A stretch of 64,000 nucleotides of DNA from Chiloscyllium plagiosum (GCF_004010195.1 NC_057753.1:14910651-14974650), one strand, 5' to 3'. Counted from the first letter of the stretch, positions 1-12,949 are shown. Numbers and translations are program-made. Notes: generated from the sequence alone by a model not told the origin.

Positions 1-1640
1 AGTGCCAGTACGTTCGTTCTCAAGTAAGGGGAACAAAAGTGCACACAGTACACCAAGGATAGCCTCACCAGCACCTTGTACAGCTGCAACATAGCATCTC
101 TGTTTGAACCTTCAGGAACCTACGTTACATCTGTCCAATTTCTATCGCGATGCCCTGCTATTTCTTCCTTGATAATACACTCAAGCATCTTCCCCACTGC
201 AGAACTTAAGCTAGCTGATCAATAATTCCCAATGTTTTATCCATCTCGATTTTTAAACAGTGGTGTCACACTAGTTTTTTTTTCCAATCTGCTGGGACTG
301 CCACGCAGCCTAGTGAATTTGAAAATTGTCACTAGTGCACTTGCTGTTTCTCCCGCCAACTCATTTAATACCCTGAGATGCATTCCCTCACGGCCAGGAG
401 ACTTGTCCATCCTCAGCTCCATTAGCTTGCCTGACACTACCTCTTCCGTAATAATGTTTGTTTCCAGGTCCTCACCTACATTTGTCTCTTTGCCACTTAC
501 TGGCATGTTTTTACTATCCTCCACTGTGAAGACTGACACAAAATCCCTGTTCAATGCCTCGGCCATTTCATCACATACCATAACTAAGTGCCTCTTCTCA
601 TCCTCAAAATTACCAAACTTTAGTTGAGCCACTCTTTTTTCTTTTTATATTTATATAGGAACTTTTACTATCCACCTTTGTATTCTTTACTAGTTATTTT
701 TCCTCATCTTTAATATTTTCCCAATCTTCCAGTTTCATACTGTTCTTTGCCGTTTGGTATGCCTTCTCTTTCACTTTGATAGCCTCGCTTATTTCCTCAG
801 ACACGCAGGGCAGATTATCACTTTACTTACAGTCCTTCCTTTTCACTGGAATATACTTTTGCTGAGCACTTGTACAAAAACATCTTTGATGGAAGTCCTC
901 CACTGCTCGATATCTGTCACACCATATAACCTTTGTTTCCAGTCTACTTTAGCCAGGTGCTCTGTCGTTCTACTGTTGTGCCCCTGCACATGCACAGGAC
1001 CCTGGTATTGGATTTTATCTTCACACTCCCAATCTGAATTCCAAGTTCTGCCATATTGTGATCACTCATTCCAAGAGGAACCCTAACTATGAGATCATTA
1101 ATTATTTCTGTTCCAATACGCAGGACCAGATCGAAGGTTGCTTAATCTCTCGTCGGTTCCATTGCATACTGTTCAAGGAAACTATCACGTGTACACTCAA
1201 AGAACTCCTCCTCAAAGGTACTGTGACTGACCTGCTTCGACTAAGCTACATGTAGACTAAAATCCCTAATGATAATAGCCGACCCATGTTTACAGGCATT
1301 GCTGATTTCTTTGTTTATTGCCTTCACCAATGTGATGTTATTATTTACTGGCCTAGAGACTGCACCTATCAGTGACTTTTTCTTCAGAGGATTACTTCTT
1401 TCCACGCAAATTAATTCAAACTCATTCTCCATCGAACTTATACCGTCTCTCCACACTGCCCTGATGTCGGCTTTGTATAACAGAGAGACACCATCTTCTT
1501 TACACTGCTGTCTGACCTTCCAAGTAATCTAGGACTCCTGGATATTGAACACGCAGTCGTGGCCATCGTTTTGACGTGTCTCTCTAATGTCTATTAAATC
1601 ATTTTCATTCGTGTTGATTTGTGCCATTAGTTCTTCAACC
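1..1640 (-). mobile_element. Degenerate CR1-type LINE ORF2 fragments (endonuclease and RT)
   Basis: Minus-strand translations give CR1-like motifs: 'DKSPGREGMHLRVLNELA...VTPLFK' (237-632) and endonuclease-like 'LIGAVSRP...IIIRDF' (1241-1456). Bases 1-100 match the RT C-terminus, which implies an internal deletion. Confidence 0.85.
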
Positions 1641-2459
1641 ATGTTACAAATGCGATGAGCATTCAGGTGAAGTGCTTTTTGTTAGGTTTCTTGTCCTTAT
1701 GATTTCTGTAATCTCCTTTTGCTTGTTGTCTCTCCTCACCTGTCCATTGAGGTCTTCCCTCCTCTGTTTCCAAAGGCCCAACACGCCCAACACATGAACT
1801 GCACTTTACGCAATCCACTCCACTGCAATCACTGCTCGCAATGTGGTTTCTACTATTTTGGGAAATGAAGTTTGGACTGGGTGACCACACTGCAGAACAT
1901 CCAAGTTCTGTCTTCAAGAAGAGTTACAGTGAACCTCAGCACATGCTGGAAGCACACCACCTCAGTTTCTATTTGGGGAGTCTGCAGCTTTCCAGGCCTC
2001 ATATCATTTTTTTTTAGAGCCTCAACTCTCCCATGTCCTATCCCCCTATCCCACACGCCAGGCCTTGTTGTCAATTGGCCTTCCAAAGCACTCTACATAT
2101 GGTTCGCCACTAACAGTCTCCATTAACAGCTATTCACCCTGCTAGCCAGATCATAATCCATTCCTTTGTCCAACTGTTCTTCTCTCTATTTGAACTCTAT
2201 CCCGATCTCTCGTTTACTCCTTTCCCTCTCCCAACCGCCACTATATCTTCTGCAGATAGACCAACATTTTCCAAGCTGTCGTCAGTTCAGAGGAAGAAGC
2301 ACTGAGAGGTTCCTGATCAGTTTCACCTGGGGACTGAGACAATATTGGAGGTTTGAGAGTCTTAAACGTGGACAAATCCCCAGCTCGGAGTGAAGTTATC
2401 TCACGTTGCTCTGTGAGACAAAGGAGCAATTTTAGGAGTATGGACCAATGTTTCACATT

Positions 2460-2893
2460 CTTCTTTAGCCACAGGGAAGTTGGTCGAGGACTGAAGGACT
2501 ACTAATGGGGTTCCACTTTTTATCAAGGCAGTTAGAAACAAACCAGGGAAATACAGTCAAGTGAGCAGCACAGGAGTGGTCGGGAAACGTTCGTAGAAAC
2601 CTCTGAATGAGATAATTAATTCGGACTTGTCCAGGCAAGATTTGATGAAGGAGTCAGCATGGTTTTGTTCGAGGAGGTGATGCTTAACAGATATGTTTAA
2701 AGTTTTGGGGAAGTGATCAGATCTTTAAATGAGGGGAGTGAACATGATGTACTGTATGTACTCCTACACGGGAGACTGACAACAGGGTAAAAACATAAGC
2801 AATTCACGATCACGTGGTGTCAGAGAAATTCATTCCAATGGATCGGAGACCAGATACAACGCCGGCAAGCAGCTTGATTAAACAAATTGACAT
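2460..2893 (+). mobile_element. Degenerate CR1 LINE RT fragment, cut off by the ERV LTR
   Basis: Reads 'TGKLVED*RTTNGVPLFIKAVRNKPGKYSQVS', resembling the CR1 VPEDWRxANVxPLFKKG..PGNYRPVS motif. It ends abruptly at the LTR terminus at 2894. Confidence 0.7.
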
Positions 2894-3576
2894 TGTGGGA
2901 AAGAAATTGGCCAGGCTGACACAGAACTGGTTCTCCGCACTGATGGCCAGAATGTTCTAACCCAAGCAGTGGGTTCAGACAGTTTTCATAGGGGTACAAC
3001 ACAAAGGTGATAATTGTAAAGCAGTAACAGTACAGTGGTGAAAATTGTAAAGCGATTAAAATAAGAATAAACTGAATGGAAGTTAACCAAACGTCTGGCA
3101 GTACTCATTCATTTGTAATTGACATTGGATATTCCAGCCATCTCCTGGAATGGGTGAGAATGTCTTCTCGAGTATTTCCTGTCTCCACGAGTATATGCAA
3201 ATGTTCCTTTTCCTGGCTTTCAGTTCAGTCCATTGTGCTCCTCCTGGGAGCAAAGTCTTCCGGGGTCTCTCAGTCTGCCTCTTTGTTTATGCGCCACCGG
3301 TTTATATGGGAAACGAGCCTGCACTGAGGGTATTCGGACTGAAGTGATGATCGGGGTTAGGAGCTTACTGTGTCGGCTGCTTGAGAAACGTATTATCCGG
3401 TCTGGGAGTAGATTAGAATGTCTGGATTCTATATTCGCCTCTTTGACCAAGACTGAGGCATTATGGGTGTGTTCTCTGTGTGTTGGCAGGCATGGTTTCT
3501 ATGTTTCGTTGACATACTTCTGTGTTTTTTATGTGGTTATGCTATGGGTGGATCGTATAGCAGATTTTCTCCCACA
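2894..3576 (-). mobile_element. 3' LTR of the endogenous retrovirus (683 bp)
   Basis: On the minus strand it starts TGTGGGAGAAA right after a purine tract (AAAAGAAGGGTGAAC, ~3577-3591) and ends TTTCTTTCCCACA, giving TG...CA ends with a TGTGGGA inverted repeat. TATA-like CATATAAA at ~3301-3308. Confidence 0.75.
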
Positions 3577-3578
3577 GT

Positions 3579-4960
3579 TCACCCTTCTTTTGTTAAGACC
3601 ATGTTGAAAAAGTGCAAAATAGCCTGGACCAGAGAGGCTATCAGGNNNNNNNNNNNNNNNNNNNNNNNNNNNNNNNNNNNNNNNNNNNNNNNNNNNCCAG
3701 GATAATGATACCCACAACCGCAATATGGGATATTAGTTTCTCCAGCAGTTCAGTGCCCCGAGAGGCAAGCCAGAAGATTGCCCATGTCCACAAGTCCCTG
3801 TGTGACTCCGGTTCATTTGGGGCAGCAGCAGCCTGTGGAAAGTGGTGTGTCAGGTCGGTTATATTTTCGCTGGGGTCAGGGATGTAGGTACAGCAGTCTG
3901 TGCCAATGAAGGTGCAAGTGCCCCTTTTGTGGCCAGCTCGTATTCGAGGGCCATTCTGTTTTGTAGGGCGACAGTACGAATGGCGACAGCCTCTGCATTC
4001 AGCTTGGCAAGAACTTCAGCCGTAGCATGTTATCTCCTCTAGCATGGTGGCCAGCTGAAGTGCTTCTATGTCGAGGCGCAAGGTTTTGTAAGTGGACACA
4101 AAAACGGGGAAGGTGGATTTCTCGTCTAGGGCAGTGAGGGTACGTTTTCTGTGGGAATAAGCTTCTGGAAGGGAGACGACTGGGAGTTGTAATGGAGTGG
4201 TACCGCATACCCATGTGCTAGCCCATGACAACGCCAGCCAGGGTATGCCTTGTGACAACAGACAAAATAAGTGTCATTGTATGTTCTTAGGTTTGGGTTC
4301 CTGTCCAAATATTGTTGAAAATGGAATTGTGGCCACACATGTTGTGGCCAAGTAAATCTAGGATGCTGCACTCAGCTACAGACCAGAGTGCTCCAGGGGT
4401 CAAGAGCAGAGAGTTAGTGCATCGGCTCCACCTAGGCACCCATGCGAATCTCGTTAGGCACATGGTTTCTCTGCGTGACCCTCGTGCGGTGGTGCCAGTG
4501 ATGGCCATGGTTGGGTGTTCATGTGTGAGGTTCTGGGCTGCATAGAAGCATCCTGTGATTCTGTCTAGGTGGTATCCTGCGGATTTCCAGTAGTCTGAGC
4601 TATGAGCCACACGAATGGCCGGTCTGGTTAGCAGACTGAGCGTTGTGATCCCAGGGACCTGTCTAGTTTAAGTCACAATTATGCCATCTCTGCAGTGTTA
4701 AAATGGACTGCGCCCTGGGGAATGCCGCTGTGGGAATATTCAGGGATACGGGAACAGACCCAGCAGCTGGTCTGGTTTACCTTTGGGCACAAAGGTGGTC
4801 ATGTCAAGGAAAATGCTCACCCACGGCTCACGGTGGATTAAGTACCCTGTGTGTGCCCTGTTACTGATCAGCGGTGAAGTGCCGGTCAGACCAAATGTGA
4901 TTATCCCGATGGCTGCAGGGAGCAGCTGGATCCCTCTATGGTGTCTGGAGCTGTATCCTG
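3579..4960 (-). pseudogene. env: ERV env pseudogene (gamma-type envelope)
   Basis: SU CxxC motif 'NQTSCWVCSRIP' (CWVC at 4754-4765); furin-like 'HRKR'; ISD-like 'LQNRMALEYELA'; CX6CC 'CTFIGTDCC' after a frameshift; hydrophobic TM segment at the small gap; tail '...FFNMVLTKEG*' ending at 3579. Multiple frameshifts; 5' boundary approximate. Confidence 0.9.
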
Positions 4961-5019
4961 TTCTGCTTGGTTGTCCTTCTGTGGAGGCGGAGCCCTCTTT
5001 CACCGGGTCGCATTCTGGT

Positions 5020-8000
5020 CTCCCTTGGAGCGTGACAGCTGTTGTGGTCGTGAGACAGGTCCTTTCCATCTAGGGGAGAGAGAATCTTTCTGCGCGGACT
5101 GTCTCCTTACATAGTGCCCAGTTTAAGTGGGTGAAGTGGTTCCTGCCGTGGGGTGGATATGGCAGCTTTTTTTTTGTTTGCCTTTTTTTTGTTGTACCCC
5201 CCACACTATAACTAACTGCGGTAGTGCTTATTTTTTCTCCAGCACCCATGTTATGTGTGTGCAGGTTTGATACACAGTGAAAGATTGAAGGTGTATGAAT
5301 CTTTATTCAGTTTCCACCAGCAGGAAGATAAGAAGCACCCAAGTACATCGCAGGTTTTAGCAAATCTTGGTTCAAAGTGATCCTTCTACTAATGGCTTGA
5401 ACGTAATGAAAGATAATTTCCTGTGTTAAGAGCAGCTGTGACATTGGCTAGTTTTGGGGGTCCGTTGACTATGGGCATGGGTCGTTCCATTAGCACTTCA
5501 AATGGTGTAATTTCCGACATTCGGTTTCCCTGTCCACTTACTGTGTGAAGCACCAGTGGACGGCCGTCTGGCCAAGCCAGTCCTGTGTCCCGAGTGATTT
5601 GGGGAAGGTGGTTTTGAGGGTGCTGTTCATTCTCTCCAATACTTCTGATGACTGGGGGTTGGTACAGAATGCGGTATCTCCTGGGTATCCCGAGGGGTCA
5701 CAGTCAGCAGTAATGAGCTTCGCGGAGAAATTGGCACCATCCCCTATATGATTCTATGCGCCCTGGGATATAAAACTCTTGAAATAACGTCCTTCAGGAT
5801 ACATTTTATCACTGCTCTGGCGTCTGGGGAATGACTCTACCCAATTTGAAAACATGTCGACAATAACTAAGTCAAATTTTTATTCCTCCTTCTGAGGCGT
5901 GTGGGCAAGATCAATTAGAAGATAAGTGAATGGACCATCAGGAACTTGAATGTAGTCACGTTTGGCCATTGGCTTCCCTGAAGTTTTCGGTAGACAGATG
6001 AGGCACTGTGACAGCAGAGCTTAGGCAGCTGCAGCGACTCCCGCTGCATACCAGGAATGGCTGACAGCATCTTGCTTGTGTGTTCGATTCCGTGTACCAC
6101 CACGGCCAATAAGTGCAGGTGGGCTTTCAGTTAAATAATGCAGCGGTGTATAAGAACCTATAAGAACGGTTGATTGTACGGCGCCAATGCGGACCCATGC
6201 GGCCCTTTCAACTGGAGTGGCAGTTTGCTGTGCTGTTGGGACTGCATCGAGAGAGTCGAGGGAATCTGGCGGTTTCACCACCCTGGAGGTCTGCAGGGCA
6301 TAAGTGGCCAGGGTTAGTGCAGATTCCTGGGTGGCTGCATCAGCTGAGGCATTTGCTTGGGTGACGGGATCAGTGACAGAGTTATTGGCATCACATTTTA
6401 TAATTGTGAAAGCGGCAGGTAGCAGAGCTGCTTGTTGGATGTTGGCAATGAGTGCAGCATATTGGAGTGGTCTCCCTGCTAAGCTGATGAACACCCTCTG
6501 TTTCCATATTGTGCCAAAGTCCGGAACGACTCCAAATACACATCTGGAATCTGTGTAGATATTGGGTGTGCCAGAAGGCAGGCTCTGGTGAGAGAAAAGA
6601 GCTCTGCCACCTGTGTGGAGACCCCATCTGGTAATGCAGCTGAGTCGAGAGTGGTGATGGGGGTGCAGATGGCTTGGACTGCCAATGTGTATTTGTCTGA
6701 TGGCCGGAAGGAAGAGCCGCTGGTGAAAAGAATCTGGTCCGGGTTTTCTCAGACCGATCAGGACACCTGCTGAACCAGGCAAAAGTGAGGACTGCAGATG
6801 CTCGAGATTAGAGTCAAGATGAGAGTGGTGCTGGAAAAGCACAGCGGTTAAGACAGCATCCGAGAAGCAGGAAAATCAACGTTTCTGGCAGGAGCCCTTT
6901 GTCAGGAATGCTAAACCAGGTCCAAGCAGTTGTGGTTGTCTGCAGAATCGTGTTAGGTGTGCGGAATTAGGGTGGCGGGGTTCAAAGCTAGGGCGCAGTG
7001 TGGAGAAAGGTATGCCTAGATCATAAAGTGACCTCATGACCAGTTCTCTGAGTTGGATTGCCGCTGAATTAAGCAGCAGGGAGAGTGACAGTGAAACCAA
7101 AACAGTACACGGGTGATCTAGCACAATGGAGGTGGCCTTATCCACTGTTTGTAGCTGCTTCCACCGTGCACAAACATGCGGCATTCTCGTAACTAAGCAT
7201 TATACAATGCAACAGGGCTAAGCATTATACAATGCAACAGGGCGACGGAGATCCCCATGAAGCTGTGTTAAAATGCCAGATGCAAACTATTCTGACTTGG
7301 TTACATAAAGGTAGAAGGGCTGTGAGTAATCTGGGACTCCCAGAGCAGGAGTGAAGATTAGTTGCTGCTTCAGTTCAGTGAATGCCCGTTGCATTTCGGG
7401 TGTCCACTTCACATTGGCTGGCTGTTTAGGGGAAGCTGCCTCCCACAGAGGTGCATCAATAGCCCAATGGACAGGAATCCAGGGCCTGCAGTAGTTTACC
7501 AGCCTCAGAAACATTTGCAGCTGCCTGTTTTTGGCAGGTAGGGGAATCTGGGCGATGACAGCCAATTGCATCGTGGACAGTGCTCTGAGGCCATAGGAAA
7601 GATTGCACCCCAGATATTATCGTTGGCAGTGCTCTGTGGACATAGGAAAGGTCGCACCCCAGATATTAGACATTTTGCTGACACAACTGCATTTTCTTGA
7701 TCGACACCCTATGCCCATCCTCTGCCAGACCGCAGAACAAGGCCACAGTAAACTGCTTGCATGCAGTAGCGGAGGTGGAAGCCAATAGCAGGCCATCCGC
7801 AAATTGGAGGATGGTGCTGTGGCATGGTAAGTGAAGGGTGGACAGGGTAAGGAAAACTGCAGCAACATAAACTGTGAGGCTCTCCGAATACCCTTAGGAA
7901 AACCGGTCTATGTATTTTGGCAGCCGCCATATGTAAAAACATAAAGTTTCAGGGGGCAACGTAATGGAGAATGAGGCTGAGCAAAGGTCGATTACAAGAA

Positions 8001-8340
8001 TATCAACTGGAGGAGGCGGGGACACTGGTCAGGATAGCATTTGTGTCCGGGACTAGTGGGAACAACAATGGCATTGACAGCCCTAAGATCTTGCACAAAA
8101 CACAATTTTCGTGGTCTTCCAAGCTTCGGGATAGGTAAAAAGGGAGTGTTACATGGGCTGGTTGTGGGCACGAGGATTCCTTGTGAAAAGGTGATTCAAT
8201 AACTGGTTTGATTCCCAATATTGCTGCGGGTGATACCGGTGTTGTGTTGATGGCAGGATTGCTCCCTGTCTGAGAGTAACTGTATATGATTGGGCGGATA
8301 ATAGCTGGCCTGCATGGTTCTATTGCTGTGCCCACAGTGA
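5020..8340 (-). pseudogene. pol: ERV pol pseudogene (RT - RNase H - integrase), class I / epsilon-like
   Basis: RT: 'PCNTPFLPIPK...FVQDLRAVNA', 'VIDLCSASFSI', decayed catalytic motif 'LQFADGLLL', 'FLRLVNYCRPWIP', 'PALGVPDYSQPFYLYV'. RNase H: 'NIYTDSRCVFGVVPDFGTIWKQR...IIKCDAN...NASADAA'. Integrase: 'LVIVDMFSNWVESFP', 'QSSEVLERMNSTLK', 'PRWKGP'. Many stops and frameshifts. Confidence 0.92.
6780..6908 (-). mobile_element. Short Penelope pLTR-derived element inserted in ERV pol
   Basis: Minus strand begins ATTCCTGACAAAGGGCTCCTGCCAGAAACGTTG (decayed hammerhead head). Flanked by direct repeats TGCTGAACCAGG (6768-6779) and TGCTAAACCAGG (6909-6920). Confidence 0.8.
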
Positions 8341-10344
8341 TTATGGGAGATCAGCTAATAACAGGTGGCTCTAGGCGGAGGAGGCAGTGTCTGTACCTTG
8401 TTTTGTAAAAGTAGCTCGTTGTTAATGCGGGGGCACAGCGCACACAAAACTCGCCCTGTCCAATCAGTGTAAGCTCTATTAAGGGGTTTGTGTCTTGCCC
8501 AAAGGGTGTGAAATGTATTGTTAGTTGTGCGACACGCCCCATCATGGTTGTGAGATCTTTGAGGTGCCACGTATTCTTAATTATAAAGGGTCTTTGCAGA
8601 CCAGTGCGGCCTCCTCTGCGCTGAGTTGCACGTCTGTTGCAATAGCCTGTGGTCTGACTACGTATCTGCCCGTCATGGTTAGTCGGGAGTTAAGCTCTAG
8701 ATGTGAGTCCATGAGTGGAGGATATGTTGATGCTGGTTCCGGGGGGTGGAATATGGACAGTGAAATTGACAAACAAAACGGCCTGGCAACAGCACCCACC
8801 AGAGAATGGGTGGAGGATGAAGGGGTAGTTGATATGAGGAGCGGAGAGGGTCAGGAAAGGCGAGGGTAGCTTCTGGCTGGCACAACCAGGCGCGTGAGCC
8901 ATATACTAATCTCACAACTGACAGTAGGGGAATTCCAGACTGCTCTTGCAAACATCCTGGAGCCTTAGTGCACCGCCACTTCCCAGAAAGTGCTGAAAAG
9001 AGAGAAAGAAAGAACTCAAAAAGAATGGGCCATAAAAAAGTGAATTTCACCAACCACTTTCTCGATTAGATTACCTTTCCCTTCCGCCGTCTCCAGGACA
9101 GAAATGAAGGAAATTGGAGAAATTTAAGAACATATGACATCGAAATTCATTGGAATTATTTTCTCATTCGCCAAACCAGAAAATAATGGCGAGCCGAGTC
9201 ACCGTAGAACTTTGTTTCATTACAGCGATGAAATAACAGTCTCTCTTCGGTTCCAGTAAAAACGCAACTTGTCTGGAACAAAACAGCAGCAGTAGAGATG
9301 CTTGAGCCTACGATTTATCGTGTGGCAGGCGAACACGATCATGACAACATGGACACTGATCCCTTTGAGTGAGTCTGCACTCTCCCACACCGCAGTTAAT
9401 TCTCNNNNNNNNNNNNNNNNNNNNNNNNNNNNNNNNNNNNNNNNNNNNNNNNNNNNNNNNNNNNNNNNNNNNNNNNNNNNNNNNNNNNNNNNNNNNNNNN
9501 NNNNNNNNNNNNNNNNNNNNNNNNNNNNNNNNNNNNNNNNNNNNNNNNNNNNNNNNNNNNNNNNNNNNNNNNNNNNNNNNNNNNNNNNNNNNNNNNNNNN
9601 NNNNNNNNNNNNNNNNNNNNNNNNNNNNNNNNNNNNNNNNNNNNNNNNNNNNNNNNNNNNNNNNNNNNNNNNNNNNNNNNNNNNNNNNNNNNNNNNNNNN
9701 NNNNNNNNNNNNNNNNNNNNNNNNNNNNNNNNNNNNNNNNNNNNNNNNNNNNNNNNNNNNNNNNNNNNNNNNNNNNNNNNNNNNNNNNNNNNNNNNNNNN
9801 NNNNNNNNNNNNNNNNNNNNNNNNNNNNNNNNNNNNNNNNNNNNNNNNNNNNNNNNNNNNNNNNNNNNNNNNNNNNNNNNNNNNNNNNNNNNNNNNNNNN
9901 NNNNTGCTCTCCACCTGCCGCTGCGGCTGAGCGCCAGAATTTGCTCTTAACCTCCTTACTTTTTAGGTACCCTAGAGTCATAAAGTCTTTTGACCAAACG
10001 TTTGGTCGTCTGACCGAACGTCCTGTGTGTCAATTTGACACCCCGACTGTAAAACACAGATTGTTATCTGTGGTGACCCTTCCAGAGATTGGCTGTCCGC
10101 CCGTCGCTTTGTCAAACCAGCGTGATTTGAATCGCTGATATTGCTCATTCTCCCCCCCCAAGGAGTCGAGCTGGTCTCAGTGTGAGAGCCGCTGTGTGTT
10201 CCTATTGTAATCCTGTAAGACCCGGGCCCCGTTCCCCCTCGGTACAGCAGCAGCTCCACAGTGTCTCTGCCGTGGACGTGATTGGTAAGCCAGCCAGATC
10301 TGCCCACACTGGACGCCTCCCTGTTGTTGTTCCCCCCCCCTCAG

Positions 10345-10454
10345 GCGCACTATGACAACGACAGCAAAACCTTCCTGCTCCTGGATGATGACCTGGACGA
10401 GGAAGAGACGATTACAGAAGAGGAGGAGGATGATGACGATGCCGACATCACTGG
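10345..10454 (+). CDS. IPO4: Importin-4 internal exon (acidic loop)
   Basis: cag|...|gtatgt; AHYDNDSKTFLLLDDDLDEEETITEEEEDDDDADITG resembles the human IPO4 PQYDGSSSFLLFDD...DDSEISG segment. Confidence 0.9.
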
Positions 10455-10487
10455 GTATGTGTCACTGTTGGGCCCTGTCCATTAGTA

Positions 10488-10890
10488 ATGGCTCTCTTTG
10501 GCAGAGAGCCCTCAATGGGTGCAGTTCCGATTGGTTTCTCCCTTGCTCCCAGTTTGAATGGGGCTCTGGTTGGATTCAGGTCGTAGACTGTGATGGAATC
10601 CAGTGCCATCCGTTGCAGCCTCCGACTCTCCAGGCGAAACAGCCCCAGCCTGTTCAGCCTCTCCCTGTAGCTCAAATCCACCAACCCTATGGCTCTCTTT
10701 GGCAGAGAGCCCTCAATGGGTGCAGTTCCGATTTGGTTTCTCCCTTGCTCCCAGTTTGAATGGGGCTCTGGTTGGATTCAGGTCGTAGACTGTGATGGAA
10801 TCCACTGCCATCCGTTGCAGCCTCCGACTCTCCAGGCGAAACAGCCCCAGCCTGTTTAGCCTCTACCTGTAGCTCAAATCCACCAACCCT
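10488..10890 (+). repeat. Tandem duplication of a ~200 bp unit including a CR1 fragment
   Basis: TGGCTCTCTTTGGCAGAGAGCCC...AAATCCACCAACCCT occurs twice head-to-tail. The minus strand encodes CR1-like 'LSYRERLNRLGLFRLESRRL'. Confidence 0.85.
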
Positions 10891-11388
10891 GGCGACGTCC
10901 TGGTAAATCTTTGCTGAACCCTTTCAAGTTTCCTGGCCGCTGTCCCACTCTGCGTTAACGTGAGGGAAAAAGATGATCTGGTCATCTTTTAGTTCCGGTG
11001 GGGGGCTGATGCTGTGAACTCGCTTCACGCCAGTTGGCTGCAGCTTTTCTCCGTAGCCGCTGTGCCGACGCTCCGGAAAAGCTCCATTCGCTGGCTGGTA
11101 GGCACCCCTGGTCATTCCAAGGTCATACTAGGTGCTGCATTCCGGCCAATCTTTCTGTGGGTTGAATTCCAGCGAAGATTCTTTTACCCGGGCAGTGGTC
11201 AGAAAGCTGAACGCAGTATCCCAGGGAGAAGCTGTGTGAAGTAGAAAGGGATGTAAAAGTTTGTGTGAATAGACCAGGGGGGTGGCAGGGCTGTGTGACG
11301 TGTAAGAAGCTGGTTAGGCTGTGTGGCCTGTTTTTGTGCAGTAACTTTATTACGCTTGTCTGATGCTGTTCACTGTGGGTCTGGACAG

Positions 11389-11466
11389 GTTCAGTGTGGA
11401 GAATGCTTATCTCGATGAGAAGGAGGATGCCTGTGACGCTTTAGGAGAGATCGCTGTCAACACTGG
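11389..11466 (+). CDS. IPO4: Importin-4 exon
   Basis: cag|...|gtaaga; FSVENAYLDEKEDACDALGEIAVNTG; phase 2-2, consistent with neighbouring exons. Confidence 0.93.
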
Positions 11467-12643
11467 GTAAGAGCACCGAATAACGCCCGTCAGCTCCAAT
11501 CTGTTGTCTGTCCGCGTACGGGCCTTCCGATATCCTCTCCCTTTGTCGCACACCTGGTATCCCCCAACAAGTAAGTAGCCTCCTGATTTTCCCCACTGTC
11601 GACAAGGCACAAGTCAGGAGTGTAACCAGGAGTAGTCCGTTCAGCATCTCGAGCCTGTTCCGCCATTCGATGGCAGAGCTGTGGCCTGACCCCCACATTC
11701 CTCGCTGAATAAAACCTCCTCGATCACCGATTTTAAACGTAACAACTGATCCAGCATCAGCGTTCCAAGCCTCTCCCACCACAAAGTGTTTCCCAGCACC
11801 TCTCCTGAATGTTCTGGCCCTCATTCTCACACGATACACCCTCGTCCTAGAATCCCCAAATAGCCGAATTGTGTATCTTTATCTAACCATGTTAATATCT
11901 TGAAAACTTGGATCAGACCACCTCTTAACGTTCTGAGTTGTAGAGAAAACAGGCCAGTTTTGTATCTTAAAAAAAAACAAAGAACTAAGGACGCAGGAAA
12001 TCAGAGACTAAACAAGAAACTGCTGCAAAATCTTAGCAAGTCGGGCAGCATCTGTGGAGAGAAAGCAGAGTTAACCTTTTGGGTCCAGTGACCCTCCTGA
12101 AGGAGAACATTAACTCTGTTTTTCTCTCTGCAGGTACTGTCAGACCTGCTGAGTTTTCCCAACAATTTCTAACTTTGTTTCCAATTTGTGCGCTCGCCCC
12201 TCACGACTTAACCTCCAAAGTCCAGGTGTCACTCTAGTGAACTGAGATCAACTCCCTCCAAGGTCAGTATATCCTTTCAAAGATGTGTTTTAAGTGGCTC
12301 CGCACTTGCCCTGGATGGGGCCGGGGAGGGGGAGGGGGAGAAGCTCAGCACCATCCAGGGACAAAGCAGCCCCCCCACCGCACCCCCCCCCCCCCCCCCG
12401 CTTGATTGGCCCCACATCCACAATTGTCCCCCTCTCCTGCCTCCACCAGCGACGCTCAGTAACAAGCAGTGTGTGCCACACGACGTGGATGGCAGTGGTT
12501 CAAGATGGGCAGCTCACCGCGGGTAACAAACGCTAACCCAGCTCGCAATGCGATGAACAAGTGATTAACAATCACACCCGGTTCAGCTTACTGTACTTCA
12601 GCGTCACCATCTTTTGGAGCTAAACTGCTTTTGTTTGCCTTAG

Positions 12644-12701
12644 GGCTGCCTTCATGCCTTTTATGGAAATGTGCTTTGAAGAAATCTTCCGCATTAATGA
12701 C
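12644..12701 (+). CDS. IPO4: Importin-4 exon
   Basis: tag|...|gtgagt; AAFMPFMEMCFEEIFRIND (human VAFLPYMESVFEEVFKLLE). Confidence 0.88.
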
Positions 12702-12949
12702 GTGAGTATCTGACTTCTGGCTGCGTACGGTAACCAACCTGCTGCTGCTGCTCCTCACCCCTTTGCCCCACGTCCCGTTAAATCCCGGCGAGGGCCGGTG
12801 GGGATAGCAGCTGAACACCCGTCCTTCAGATTACATTGTCGGCTGGACACTCCGTGGGAGGTCCAGACAGGCAGAGGATCTCCGAGAGTCTACAGCCCAG
12901 TCCCTCCCAAATTCAAGAGCTCGCAACAGCTGACCAGGCGTAGATATAT

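Noticed and set aside
6021-6842. 273-aa ORF as an intact gene
   Set aside because: Chimeric: it starts in the inserted pLTR element and only part is in the RNase H frame; catalytic motifs are decayed.
9381-9389. TCTCCCACA as a possible start of the ERV 5' LTR
   Set aside because: Similarity to the 3' LTR stops after 9 bp.
9220-10138. Long ORFs in the track spanning 9220-10138 (and 62631-63602)
   Set aside because: Their length comes from N runs translated as X; the real part of the latter is CR1 RT.
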